Of a DNA stretch of 64,000 nucleotides, positions 20,137 to 28,485 are shown one piece after another. Below the pieces are notes generated by a model that did not search any database, was not told the origin of the DNA, and was given only the letters and a program-made list of their open reading frames with translations. Position 1 is the stretch's first letter. Each line of letters starts with the position of its first letter. Origin of the DNA: Thermodesulfobacteriota bacterium (GTDB lineage: Bacteria > Desulfobacterota > Binatia > Bin18); contig OZ219926.1 of the NCBI GenBank assembly GCA_964291405.2, forward strand, positions 2,400,001-2,464,000, read 5' to 3'. Made by a program: the position numbers and the translations under genes.

Positions 20137-21102
20137 TTAACGCAGCTTCCCCTCAACAAAGGGGACTTCGTAGGCTTTTTCGTGGTTGATGGGACCGTGT
20201 CCGAAATAGCCCTCTTCGCCAAATAACTCGCCGTGGTCTGCGGTAATCGTAATATAGGTATTGGGGGGGACGATATCGAAAAGGCGCTCAAACACGCCGT
20301 CAAGATAGCGCACGGCGTTGACCTGCCGCTGTCGGAGGAGATCGAGTTTGTCCTGGTCGAAGAACTGCTCTCCCACTTCATCCTCAATAAGCTTCCCGCC
20401 GACGACGGCGTCATCCAGATGCTTGAACACGCCGTGCACACCGTGAATCTTCGGCCACTCCTCGCTCGGCTCGTCGGGCAAGGCGTACGGGTAGTGCGTC
20501 TCTCCAACATTCAGCAGGTAAAACGACGGGCGGTCGGAGGAGAAGGATAAGCGCTCAAGCATGGCGGCCATGTCATTATGGGTCGGCATCAGGGTAAAGG
20601 AGTCGAAGTCCTTGTTGAGTAGCGTGGCCGGATTCAGCACGGGCAGAGAGACCATCGCGTGTGTGTGGTAGCCCAGCTTCCATTTCAAGAAGGTGGGTAA
20701 AAAGAGCTGCGGCACCAGACTCTTGAACTCAACCTGTTCAGCGCCAAGGCGGTCCCGGTATTTGAAAAAATCCCGTTTGTAATACTCCGAAGCATAGACC
20801 TGCCGCGGACTGGAATGGGGCAGCAGCCCCATCAGCAGGTTGTAATGGGACGGGGCGGTCCACGACGCATAGCTCCACCGCCGCTCGACCTCGCCCAGGG
20901 CGCTAGCCGTCTTCGACCGGGCTGCCATAAAGGCATCATACCGGCAGCTATCGAGGATCACGATGAGGTAATTATTCGTACCCTGGGGGGGCGGAAGCTG
21001 CTGCGCCTCAACGCCGGGGGATGACGTGACCAGCGGAGTCCCAGTCGGCGGAGACTCCGCCTCAGGCGTGCCCCGCTTGAAGATTCGATTCAGAATACCC
21101 AC
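20137..21102 (-). CDS. Sulfatase/alkaline phosphatase superfamily metalloenzyme
   Basis: VILDSCRYD, SWTAPSH, ETHYPY, TADHGELFGE...GHG...VPF motifs. Confidence 0.8.
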   Translation of the reverse strand: MGILNRIFKRGTPEAESPPTGTPLVTSSPGVEAQQLPPPQGTNNYLIVILDSCRYDAFMAARSKTASALGEVERRWSYASWTAPSHYNLLMGLLPHSSPRQVYASEYYKRDFFKYRDRLGAEQVEFKSLVPQLFLPTFLKWKLGYHTHAMVSLPVLNPATLLNKDFDSFTLMPTHNDMAAMLERLSFSSDRPSFYLLNVGETHYPYALPDEPSEEWPKIHGVHGVFKHLDDAVVGGKLIEDEVGEQFFDQDKLDLLRQRQVNAVRYLDGVFERLFDIVPPNTYITITADHGELFGEEGYFGHGPINHEKAYEVPFVEGKLR

Positions 21103-21111
21103 GCCTACGCC

Positions 21112-21801
21112 TTAACTGACGAGCCTAACTTTTCCAGCCTGAACTAGGGGGAGCACGCGGTCAGGATCATGTCCCCCCGCGCGTAATAGGCGGATCACTG
21201 CCGCCTCTGGTAACGGCCGACCTCCACCGAGGAGGTGTGCCCGGAAGAGAATCTGGGCGGCGTGTTCAAGCATCTCCAGCTTTGAGTAGGCCTCTTGGAG
21301 GGTCTCGCCAACGGTGACAGAGCCGTGCCGGGCTAACATCAGTGCGTCGAACTGGCGGATAAAAGGATAGATGGCCTCACCAGCCTCACGCGTCCCCGGC
21401 GTGATATAGGGGACGGTTGGAATTGCGCCCAGAGCCGTTACGACTTCGGGTAAGGTCCCGTCAGCAAGCGAGACGTCGGCTAAGGTACACGCAATCGCGG
21501 TTGTCGGGTGGGCGTGAATGACCGCCGCAATATCCTCCCGTTCTCGGTATGCGGCAAGGTGGAGGGCGATTTCCGATGACGGTGCGTACTCGTCACTCAG
21601 CGCCTTCCCGTCTAAATCGGTTTCAATCAATTGCTCTGCTCGGAGGAAACCTTTGTGGACTCCCCGAGTCGTGATCAGGATACGGTCCGGTCCAAGACGT
21701 GCACTGGCATTCCCTTCGGAAGACGCAATGAAGCCCTTTTGGTACATGGCGTGGCAGATATTCACCAGATCAGTTCGTAAAGTATGCCCGCTGGTATCCA
21801 T
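21112..21801 (-). CDS. Class II aldolase/adducin family protein
   Basis: EGNASAR, PSSEIALH, HAHP and ARHG zinc-ligand motifs. Confidence 0.9.
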   Translation of the reverse strand: MDTSGHTLRTDLVNICHAMYQKGFIASSEGNASARLGPDRILITTRGVHKGFLRAEQLIETDLDGKALSDEYAPSSEIALHLAAYREREDIAAVIHAHPTTAIACTLADVSLADGTLPEVVTALGAIPTVPYITPGTREAGEAIYPFIRQFDALMLARHGSVTVGETLQEAYSKLEMLEHAAQILFRAHLLGGGRPLPEAAVIRLLRAGGHDPDRVLPLVQAGKVRLVS

Positions 21802-21842
21802 AACCGTTCTCGATCAGAAAGATCTTTTTCCGGACTTGGCCT

Positions 21843-21892
21843 AAAGAGTAAGCGTGTCCTCCCAGGCAAAAAAGCTGGACACGTTTACTCTT
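21843..21892 (-). repeat. Short palindromic element, copy 2
   Basis: AAAGAGTAAGCGTGTCC-17 nt-GGACACGTTTACTCTT. Confidence 0.93.
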
Positions 21893-21998
21893 CACCGCAG
21901 ACCCCGGCAGGCCGCTCCCATAAGCAGGTGCCCTAGGTGCCTCATGCTTTGGGGCCACCGGGTTGCCCGACCAACGCCCGGTGCGTGGCTCTTCGCTC

Positions 21999-22054
21999 AA
22001 AGAGTAAACGTGTCCAGCATCTACATGTCTTATTGGAGAACACGTTCACTCTTT
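21999..22054 (+). repeat. Short palindromic element, copy 3
   Basis: AAAGAGTAAACGTGTCC-22 nt-GAACACGTTCACTCTTT. Confidence 0.93.
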
Positions 22055-22185
22055 CAAGACTGTCCTAGACCCGCTCCGTCTTTTTTACAAGAGAGGAAGC
22101 AAAAAATCTGCGTGAGGAATGCAATACGTGGAGAATGCTGATAGGCTATGCGCGCAAAATATAAGGAAGATGAGGAGGTATATAC

Positions 22186-23364
22186 GTGACGGCAGGCGTC
22201 GATATCTTTCACCCTTCTGCGGAGCATCGTCTTTTGCGGCAGACTGTTCGGGAGTTTGTCAAAGAGCGGGTTGAGCCGCAGGCGCTGGAGCACGATCGTC
22301 AGGAACGCTTCAATATCCCCCTCTTTCGCGAACTCGGGGAGCTCGGACTGCTGGGCATTACGGTGCCGGAAGCGTATGGCGGTGCGGGCATGGACGCGGT
22401 GGCTGCCGTGATCGCGCACGAGGAACTTTCCGCCTCAGACCCAGGCTTCTGCCTGGCCTACCTGGCCCACGCCATGCTCCTGGTCAATAATTTCTGTCGT
22501 AACGCCAATGACGAACAGCGCCAGAAGTATTTGCCGCCCCTCATCTCCGGCGAATGGGTCGGCGGGATGTGTATGACTGAGCCCTCAGCCGGCACGGACG
22601 TGCTCGGTATGAAAACGCAGGCAGTCCGCCAAGGGGATAGCTATGCCATTACCGGCCGCAAGATGTTCATTACCAACGGTGCGCTGGATGATACCACGCT
22701 GGGCAACCTCTTTCTCGTCTACGCGAAAACAGAGCAGGGTCTGAGCTCGTTTATTGTGGAGAAGGACTTTCCCGGATTTTCGCTCGGTCAACGGCTCCAC
22801 GGGAAAACCGGTATGCGCGCCTCCATGACTGCCGAACTCGTCTTTGATGACTGTCAGGTTCCGGTTGCCAATCGTCTAGGCGAAGAAGGCGACAGCGTGC
22901 TCCACATGATGCGCAACCTGGAAATCGAGCGGGTCACTATTGGAGCCATGTCTACGGGTATCGCCGGCCGCTGCGTCGAAGATATGACCCGCTACGCGAG
23001 TGAGCGGACCGCCTATGGTCAGCCGATTAACAGCTTTGGTCAGATCCAGCGCTATATCGCGGATTCCTACGCCCAATACATGGCGGCGCGAACCTATCTG
23101 TATCACACCGCGCGGAATATGGACCTTGACCAACCTGGCCATCGCATCGACTCGGACGGCGTCAAGCTGGTTGCCACGACCATGGCAAAAGACGTCGCGG
23201 ACAACGCCATGCAGGTGTTGGGTGGCTATGGCTATTTTAACGAGTACGTGGTTGAGCGCTTATGGCGGGACGCAAAGCTGCTTGAGATTGGTGGCGGCAC
23301 CCTGGAAGCGCATCAGAAGAATATCACCAAGGATTTGACGCGGCATATGGACTGCATTCGATAA
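22186..23364 (+). CDS. Acyl-CoA dehydrogenase (isovaleryl-CoA dehydrogenase-like)
   Basis: MTEPSAGTD, KMFITNG, GMRAS.T.ELVFD and LGGYGY...RDAKLLEIGGGT motifs. Confidence 0.92.
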   Translation: MTAGVDIFHPSAEHRLLRQTVREFVKERVEPQALEHDRQERFNIPLFRELGELGLLGITVPEAYGGAGMDAVAAVIAHEELSASDPGFCLAYLAHAMLLVNNFCRNANDEQRQKYLPPLISGEWVGGMCMTEPSAGTDVLGMKTQAVRQGDSYAITGRKMFITNGALDDTTLGNLFLVYAKTEQGLSSFIVEKDFPGFSLGQRLHGKTGMRASMTAELVFDDCQVPVANRLGEEGDSVLHMMRNLEIERVTIGAMSTGIAGRCVEDMTRYASERTAYGQPINSFGQIQRYIADSYAQYMAARTYLYHTARNMDLDQPGHRIDSDGVKLVATTMAKDVADNAMQVLGGYGYFNEYVVERLWRDAKLLEIGGGTLEAHQKNITKDLTRHMDCIR

Positions 23365-23381
23365 GGAGGGCAAGGAGAGCC

Positions 23382-23573
23382 ATGCGTAACCTGTGGGATC
23401 GGATCATGATTGCCCTCATGGTGGGGGTGATCGGCTTTTGCCTGATAGAGATATGGAACGGAACCACGGAGCTGCTCCGTTGTGGGGTCGGCATAGGCGG
23501 AGCCGTACTGGTGATTCTCCTCAAGCTGAACGCCCTGCAGAAGGCGAGGCAGCAAACACCCTCAAACCCTTGA
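23382..23573 (+). CDS. Small membrane protein
   Basis: 63 aa with two hydrophobic segments and a strong AAGGAG SD. Confidence 0.6.
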   Translation: MRNLWDRIMIALMVGVIGFCLIEIWNGTTELLRCGVGIGGAVLVILLKLNALQKARQQTPSNP

Positions 23574-23594
23574 GCGCTCCGCTCGCTCTTCTCC

Positions 23595-24143
23595 ATGCGA
23601 CACAGACTCTCCAACCTTGGCAGACCTTCCAGTGTTTTTCCATCCAACGCGGAGAATGGCTTTACCCTTATCGAGCTGATTCTGGTCCTCGTCATTATCA
23701 GCATCGCCTTTGCCATTGTCGCCCCTGCGGTCGGGAATCGGTTTGGCGGCAGTGACCCGAAGCGGACGGCGGCACAGTTACGAACCACGCTGGAACTCTT
23801 ACGACTGCGGGCGCTCACGGATGGTATAGAACAGCGTCTCGTCATTGACCCCGAAGACAATCAGTATTGGCAGGAGTCCGGGCGCCAGGTTGCGGCTCAG
23901 GATGACAGCGAGGAGGAGTCCGACCACGAAGACGAGCAAATCACGTCCTCCGATGAAGACATCCAACTCTCAGCCACGAGTCTATGGGTGCGGGAGGAGG
24001 GAGAAGTCGAGTTCCGCTTTTATCCGGATGGCACAAATTCTGGCGGGGAGATCATCATAGAACAGCAACGGGGAGCGAATGAGATCGCGTATACTATCGC
24101 GCTCAATCCGCTGCTTGGGACAGCCACCGTCCGCAAAGAGTAA
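23595..24143 (+). CDS. gspH: Type II secretion minor pseudopilin GspH
   Basis: G|FTLIE class III signal and FYPDGTNSGG motif. The stop codon lies within repeat copy 4. Confidence 0.85.
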   Translation: MRHRLSNLGRPSSVFPSNAENGFTLIELILVLVIISIAFAIVAPAVGNRFGGSDPKRTAAQLRTTLELLRLRALTDGIEQRLVIDPEDNQYWQESGRQVAAQDDSEEESDHEDEQITSSDEDIQLSATSLWVREEGEVEFRFYPDGTNSGGEIIIEQQRGANEIAYTIALNPLLGTATVRKE

Positions 24144-24190
24144 ACGCGTCCTCCGATGTGATATAGAAATGCAGGACACGTTTACTCTTT
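24135..24190 (-). repeat. Short palindromic element, copy 4 (overlaps gspH stop)
   Basis: AAAGAGTAAACGCGTCC-22 nt-GGACACGTTTACTCTTT. Confidence 0.95.
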
Positions 24191-24255
24191 CTATGCCGGA
24201 GAAGAATAGTCAGGAGACAAAGGAGGGCCGCCGTCCAGAACGGCGGCCCGTCAGT

Positions 24256-24738
24256 ATGAAAAAAGAAGACCGGAAGTGTCAGACACGCCATTGGAGCAAA
24301 GAGGGGTTTACCCTCCTGGAAATTATGATCGCGCTCTCCATCCTGGCGGTCGGCCTGGTGGCCGTGCTGGAACTCTTTGCCGGCAGTCTCCGCCTCACCG
24401 GAAAAGCCTCCCACCGCACCCAGGCGGTCATTCATGCTCAGAATGTGATGGACCGGTTCTTTGCCCCGGATTTCCTGGAAGATGGAGAGGACAGCGGAGA
24501 GCTACCGGACGGCTTTTTTTGGCGGGCACGGGTGCAGAAAATCTTTCCGGATGAAACCGAAGAAGAGGCTGCGGAAAGGGAAAACGATGAGCTGGGTGGC
24601 CAAGCGTCTCTGCTGCACATCAAGGAGATCATGGTCAGCATCGGCTGGGAGGAGGGGGAGAGCCACCGAAGTTTCGAGCTGCGTTCCATGCGCCTCATGT
24701 ACGAGGATACGGACAGCCTCGAGGAGGGGAGGCGTTAA
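24256..24738 (+). CDS. gspI: Type II secretion minor pseudopilin GspI
   Basis: G|FTLLEIMIAL signal; positioned between gspH and gspJ. Start uncertain (24193 or 24256). Confidence 0.8.
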   Translation: MKKEDRKCQTRHWSKEGFTLLEIMIALSILAVGLVAVLELFAGSLRLTGKASHRTQAVIHAQNVMDRFFAPDFLEDGEDSGELPDGFFWRARVQKIFPDETEEEAAERENDELGGQASLLHIKEIMVSIGWEEGESHRSFELRSMRLMYEDTDSLEEGRR

Positions 24739-24740
24739 GC

Positions 24741-25424
24741 GTGCGCTCGGCCCGCGGCTTTACCCTGCTTGAACTCCTGATCAGCCTGACGCTCATAAGC
24801 CTGGTCAGCCTCGGCGTCTATGGCGCGCTCGGCTTTGGCGCAAACGCGCTCGAACGTGGCACATCCCGGAGTATTGAGAACCAGCGTGTCCGCGCGGCCC
24901 TGGCCCTGATTGTCCGCAAGCTGAAATCTGCCTACCCCCTCATGCTGCTGGTCGACGGCGAGCGCCTCGTCTATTTTTTTGGTGACGAAGAAGAACTCCG
25001 TTTCGTGGCCTCTGCCGACCGACCTGAAATCGGCGGGTTGGAGAAAGTCTCCTACTTCATCAAAGGAGATGAAGACGGCGAGCACGGGCTATGGATGCGG
25101 ATTTCCGCGCCGACCCTACCAGCCGATTTAGCCGAGGAACGGGAAGGGAGTTTATACTTGGAGGCCGAGGTTCTGTCCGATGTTGACGAACTGGTCTGGG
25201 AGTATTTCGGGCAACGACAAAACGAAGACGAAGAAGCCTGGCATGAGAGTTGGAACGGTGAGGAGGAACCGAAGTTGCCGCAGGCCGTCCGGCTGTCGTG
25301 GCGTGCCCAGGTGAGCAACCTGCCAAACGAATGGCAGATCGAAGTCCCGATTCAGGTCCAGGACCCGGTTTCGGAACTGCAGCGCACTCCCCAGAACCGC
25401 CGGCGGAGCCGAGGTCGGAGATAG
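24741..25424 (+). CDS. gspJ: Type II secretion minor pseudopilin GspJ
   Basis: G|FTLLELLISL signal; C-terminal W..W...LPQAVRL motif. Confidence 0.85.
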   Translation: MRSARGFTLLELLISLTLISLVSLGVYGALGFGANALERGTSRSIENQRVRAALALIVRKLKSAYPLMLLVDGERLVYFFGDEEELRFVASADRPEIGGLEKVSYFIKGDEDGEHGLWMRISAPTLPADLAEEREGSLYLEAEVLSDVDELVWEYFGQRQNEDEEAWHESWNGEEEPKLPQAVRLSWRAQVSNLPNEWQIEVPIQVQDPVSELQRTPQNRRRSRGRR

Positions 25425-25429
25425 CTGCC

Positions 25430-26491
25430 ATGAAGAGTAAACGTGTCCTCCAATCAGACAAAAAAGCTGAACGCGTTTACTCTTTGCGGAACGAGCGCGG
25501 CGTTATCTTGATTGTGGTTGTGTGGGCGCTGATGGTGCTCATGGTTGTGGCGATTGAGCTCGGCCGGACCGCCCGGGTGGAGGGGCTGAGTACCGATGTC
25601 TACCAACAGGAGGTCAAAACCTATTATTTAGCCCTCGCCGGGTTGAACCGTGCCCTCTACCAGCTCATCCGGACGAGCCAGCAAGGCCGAACGCGGGATA
25701 CCCGAGACGACGATCGGCTGGGCCCACGCGACCGGCTGAGCGATGATGAGCCAGAGGAATGCCCGGACCTCTGGCTACTGGGCGATGGCCAGTGGAGAAA
25801 CGAACCCTATGGCGAGGGTGGGTACCAGGTCCGGGTCAGTGACGAGAGCGGCAAAATCAATATCAACCAGGCGGATGAGATTATTTTACGCCAGACCTTT
25901 ACCAATCTGGACTTTGATCCGGACTTCGGGGATGCCTTGGCCGATGCCATCCTCGACTGGCGCGACCCGGACCCCTTAGAGCGGCTGAATGGGGTTGAGA
26001 GTGACTATTACCTGGCCCAGGACATTTCCTATCCGGCCAAGGACGGACCGCTCGACACGATTGACGAACTCCTGCTGGTCCGTGACGTCACCCAGAACCT
26101 CTTCTACAACACCCTGAACGAAGTGTTCACGGTGTATGGCAATGCGCGCAGCGGCAATATGGCCAATGCACAAACCGCAAACGCCCTCGTACTCCGGGCC
26201 ATACAGGGGGTTGATGCGGAAACCGCGGAGGAAACGATCCGGCAAAGGCGCGAAAACTGCGGGGAAGAGTTCTTGGACGCGACCGCAGCACGGGGGGGTC
26301 TGCCCACGATTGTCACTATAGAGAGCGTCGGCTATCTGGACACCGGACGTATCACCCGCCGGCTGGCCGGAGTGATTGACCGCACAGACAACCAGTCCTA
26401 TCGGGTGCTACGCTGGCATGACCGTCTGCCTTCACAGGCCCTCCCGCTCAGAAAAGACGATTTTGAAGACGAAGAAGAAGGGTGGTTCTGA
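25430..26491 (+). CDS. gspK: Type II secretion minor pseudopilin GspK
   Basis: RG|VILIVVVW (no E5), DESGKININ, AILDWRDPD and DELLLV motifs. GGAG SD before the ATG at 25430. Confidence 0.88.
   Translation: MKSKRVLQSDKKAERVYSLRNERGVILIVVVWALMVLMVVAIELGRTARVEGLSTDVYQQEVKTYYLALAGLNRALYQLIRTSQQGRTRDTRDDDRLGPRDRLSDDEPEECPDLWLLGDGQWRNEPYGEGGYQVRVSDESGKININQADEIILRQTFTNLDFDPDFGDALADAILDWRDPDPLERLNGVESDYYLAQDISYPAKDGPLDTIDELLLVRDVTQNLFYNTLNEVFTVYGNARSGNMANAQTANALVLRAIQGVDAETAEETIRQRRENCGEEFLDATAARGGLPTIVTIESVGYLDTGRITRRLAGVIDRTDNQSYRVLRWHDRLPSQALPLRKDDFEDEEEGWF
25433..25485 (-). repeat. Short palindromic element, copy 5 (in-frame inside the gspK leader)
   Basis: AAGAGTAAACGTGTCC-20 nt-GAACGCGTTTACTCTTT, translated as KSKRVLQSDKKAERVYSL. 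Confidence 0.9.
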
Positions 26492-26505
26492 GCCGGGCCG
26501 TCGAA

Positions 26506-27000
26506 TTACGCCTCCAGCTCATCCGACCGACGGGCAACTTCTTCTTCATGAACGGTGAATTCCCCGTCTGCATAACTCGCCAGGAAGTATAGATCGCCTG
26601 GTCCGCGTTTCCCGAATTTTCGCGCTTGCTTTATCAGTCGGCCTCGTAATCCGGGCTTGTCGTCGAAGATCATCACCCGATAGTCAGCCCGTGCCAGAGG
26701 AAGCTTCTGGAAGTCGTCCCAGACATCCCTCTCGTTTCCCCACTCGATTTCCGCCACGAGTGCAATATCACTGACCAGAAATTTCTCGGTCGCCTTCAGC
26801 CACACCACGTCATAGAGCCACTCTGTGGGCCAAGTGGCCGCCTCAATGTTTGTGGCACACGTTTGATACTGCTCTTGTCCGCCCAGGCGCACCAATAATT
26901 TTTTGATTTTGTGCGTCCATTTCTTGCGGCCCCATCCTCCTGCTTTCTTTGCGTCTGCGGCTAGGCGATTCAACGCTCCTTCTAGTTCATCTCTCCTCAT
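26506..27000 (-). CDS. Hypothetical protein, possible PD-(D/E)xK nuclease fold
   Basis: GGAGGAGG SD. EWLYDVVW...LVAEIEW...DDFQKL pattern is reminiscent of restriction-endonuclease-like cores. Confidence 0.55.
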   Translation of the reverse strand: MRRDELEGALNRLAADAKKAGGWGRKKWTHKIKKLLVRLGGQEQYQTCATNIEAATWPTEWLYDVVWLKATEKFLVSDIALVAEIEWGNERDVWDDFQKLPLARADYRVMIFDDKPGLRGRLIKQARKFGKRGPGDLYFLASYADGEFTVHEEEVARRSDELEA

Positions 27001-27194
27001 TGATCCGAATCCTCCTCCCCACCTCGAAGTGCGATAAAACGGTTTCTGGTACCAGGAATCGCTGTTTTCGATTCTATCATACAGAGTCTCGGCTGTCAGA
27101 TGAGCGCGACGTAAGCCGACAGCTCTCTGAGTGGTTATCAGATGCTTAAAAAGGGATTATCGTAGCGTTAATGCCAGCGGAGGTAAGGAGAGAG

Positions 27195-27662
27195 ATGCAG
27201 CAGAAATTCATGAGCAGGGCTATAGAGCTCTCGCGCACTCATATGAGAGCAGGGGAAGACGGGCCATTCGGTGCGGTCGTCGTCAAGGGCGGAGCAATCA
27301 TTGCAGAGGGGTATAATGCGGTCATCTCCAGCAAGGACCCCACGGCCCACGCGGAGATCATGGCCATCAGGCGGGCGGCCTCTACGCTCGACAGCTTCCA
27401 CCTCGGGGGATGCGAAATCTACACCAGTTGCGAACCCTGCCCCATGTGCCTCGCCGCCATCTACTGGGCGAGAATTGAGAAAATTTATTTCGCCAATACT
27501 ACTGAAGACGCCAGAGATATTGGCTTCGACGACAAAGTTTTTTACCAGGAATTACAACGGCTGTGGGCCGAGCGCCAAATCCCCGCCCAGCAATTGCTGC
27601 GCGAGCAGGCGTTAGCGGTCTTTCGGGAGTGGCAGGGAAAGGTGGGGCACATAGAGTACTAG
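27195..27662 (+). CDS. guaD: Nucleoside/guanine deaminase (cytidine deaminase fold)
   Basis: GPFGAVVV, DPTAHAE and CEPCPMCLAAIYWARI motifs. AAGGAG SD. Confidence 0.85.
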   Translation: MQQKFMSRAIELSRTHMRAGEDGPFGAVVVKGGAIIAEGYNAVISSKDPTAHAEIMAIRRAASTLDSFHLGGCEIYTSCEPCPMCLAAIYWARIEKIYFANTTEDARDIGFDDKVFYQELQRLWAERQIPAQQLLREQALAVFREWQGKVGHIEY

Positions 27663-27699
27663 GGAAATTCACGATTCCGTATAGTCGGTGAGTTTCTTC

Positions 27700-27727
27700 C
27701 GTCATTCCGACGAAAGCCGAAATCCAG
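27700..27727 (+). repeat. CGTCATTCC...AATCC-type short palindromic repeat
   Basis: CGTCATTCCGACGAAAGCCGAAATCCAG between convergent genes; resembles widespread dRS3/REP-like repeats. Confidence 0.45.
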
Positions 27728-27749
27728 GCTCCCGGCTCCGCCGAGCGCA

Positions 27750-28103
27750 TCACGCCGCGCGCGGGGTGACCTCCCGTTCGATCTTGCGCCGGAGCGTATG
27801 CGCGGCGACATCAAGATCATAGCGCGTCTGAAGATTGAGCCAGAACTCCGGCGTCGTCCCGAAATAGCATCCCAGGCGGAGCGCGGTATCAGTCGTCACG
27901 GCACGGCGGCCATGCACGATATCGTTCAACCGTGGCCGTGACACCTTGAGTATCCGGGCGAGCCGGTACACGCTGAGTTCCAGCGGTACGAGGAACTCGT
28001 CACGGAGAATCTCGCCGGGATGGACCGGCGGTAGCCGCCGCCCGGATGTCACGTCTGAGAAATCCACCCGTCCCCGGTCTACATCGCTACGCTTGATAGT
28101 CAT
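27750..28103 (-). CDS. higA: HigA family antitoxin (orphan)
   Basis: PVHPGEILRDEFL...TTDTALRLGCYFGTTPEFWLNLQ..YDL motif. No higB seen adjacent. Confidence 0.9.
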   Translation of the reverse strand: MTIKRSDVDRGRVDFSDVTSGRRLPPVHPGEILRDEFLVPLELSVYRLARILKVSRPRLNDIVHGRRAVTTDTALRLGCYFGTTPEFWLNLQTRYDLDVAAHTLRRKIEREVTPRAA

Positions 28104-28130
28104 GTCATCCTCACTCCTCACAAGTCCCGT

Positions 28131-28160
28131 GTGTCGGATTAGCGCGGCGTAATCCGACAC
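28131..28160. repeat. REP-like palindrome
   Basis: GTGTCGGATTA-gcgcggcg-TAATCCGACAC with perfect 11-bp arms. Confidence 0.55.
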
Positions 28161-28190
28161 TCCCAGCCCAGGCGAATTACGGCACCCTTG

Positions 28191-28427
28191 TCACGCCTCC
28201 TCATCCTCCAGTTCCGATTCCAGCAATTCCTCCTGTTCTTCCAGGCGGACCTGAAGGGTGCTCAGCGCTTCAAACACGGAACGCACCGCTTCCTGAAAGT
28301 CCTCCTCGGCACTGACCACTCCGGCGGCCACACGGGCTTCGCAATCCTGACTCACCTCTGCAATGGACAGTTTGGCCGACTTCACCAGACCGATCCATTG
28401 ACCGATAATCGCAAACGCATCTTCCAT
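28191..28427 (-). CDS. Small acidic helical hypothetical protein
   Basis: 78 aa from MEDAFAIIGQW, with an AAGGAGG SD. Confidence 0.55.
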   Translation of the reverse strand: MEDAFAIIGQWIGLVKSAKLSIAEVSQDCEARVAAGVVSAEEDFQEAVRSVFEALSTLQVRLEEQEELLESELEDEEA

Positions 28428-28485
28428 CCGGGCTGCCTCCTTTGGTAGACTAAGAGCCCTCACATCTACAGGAAAGGGGAACTGT

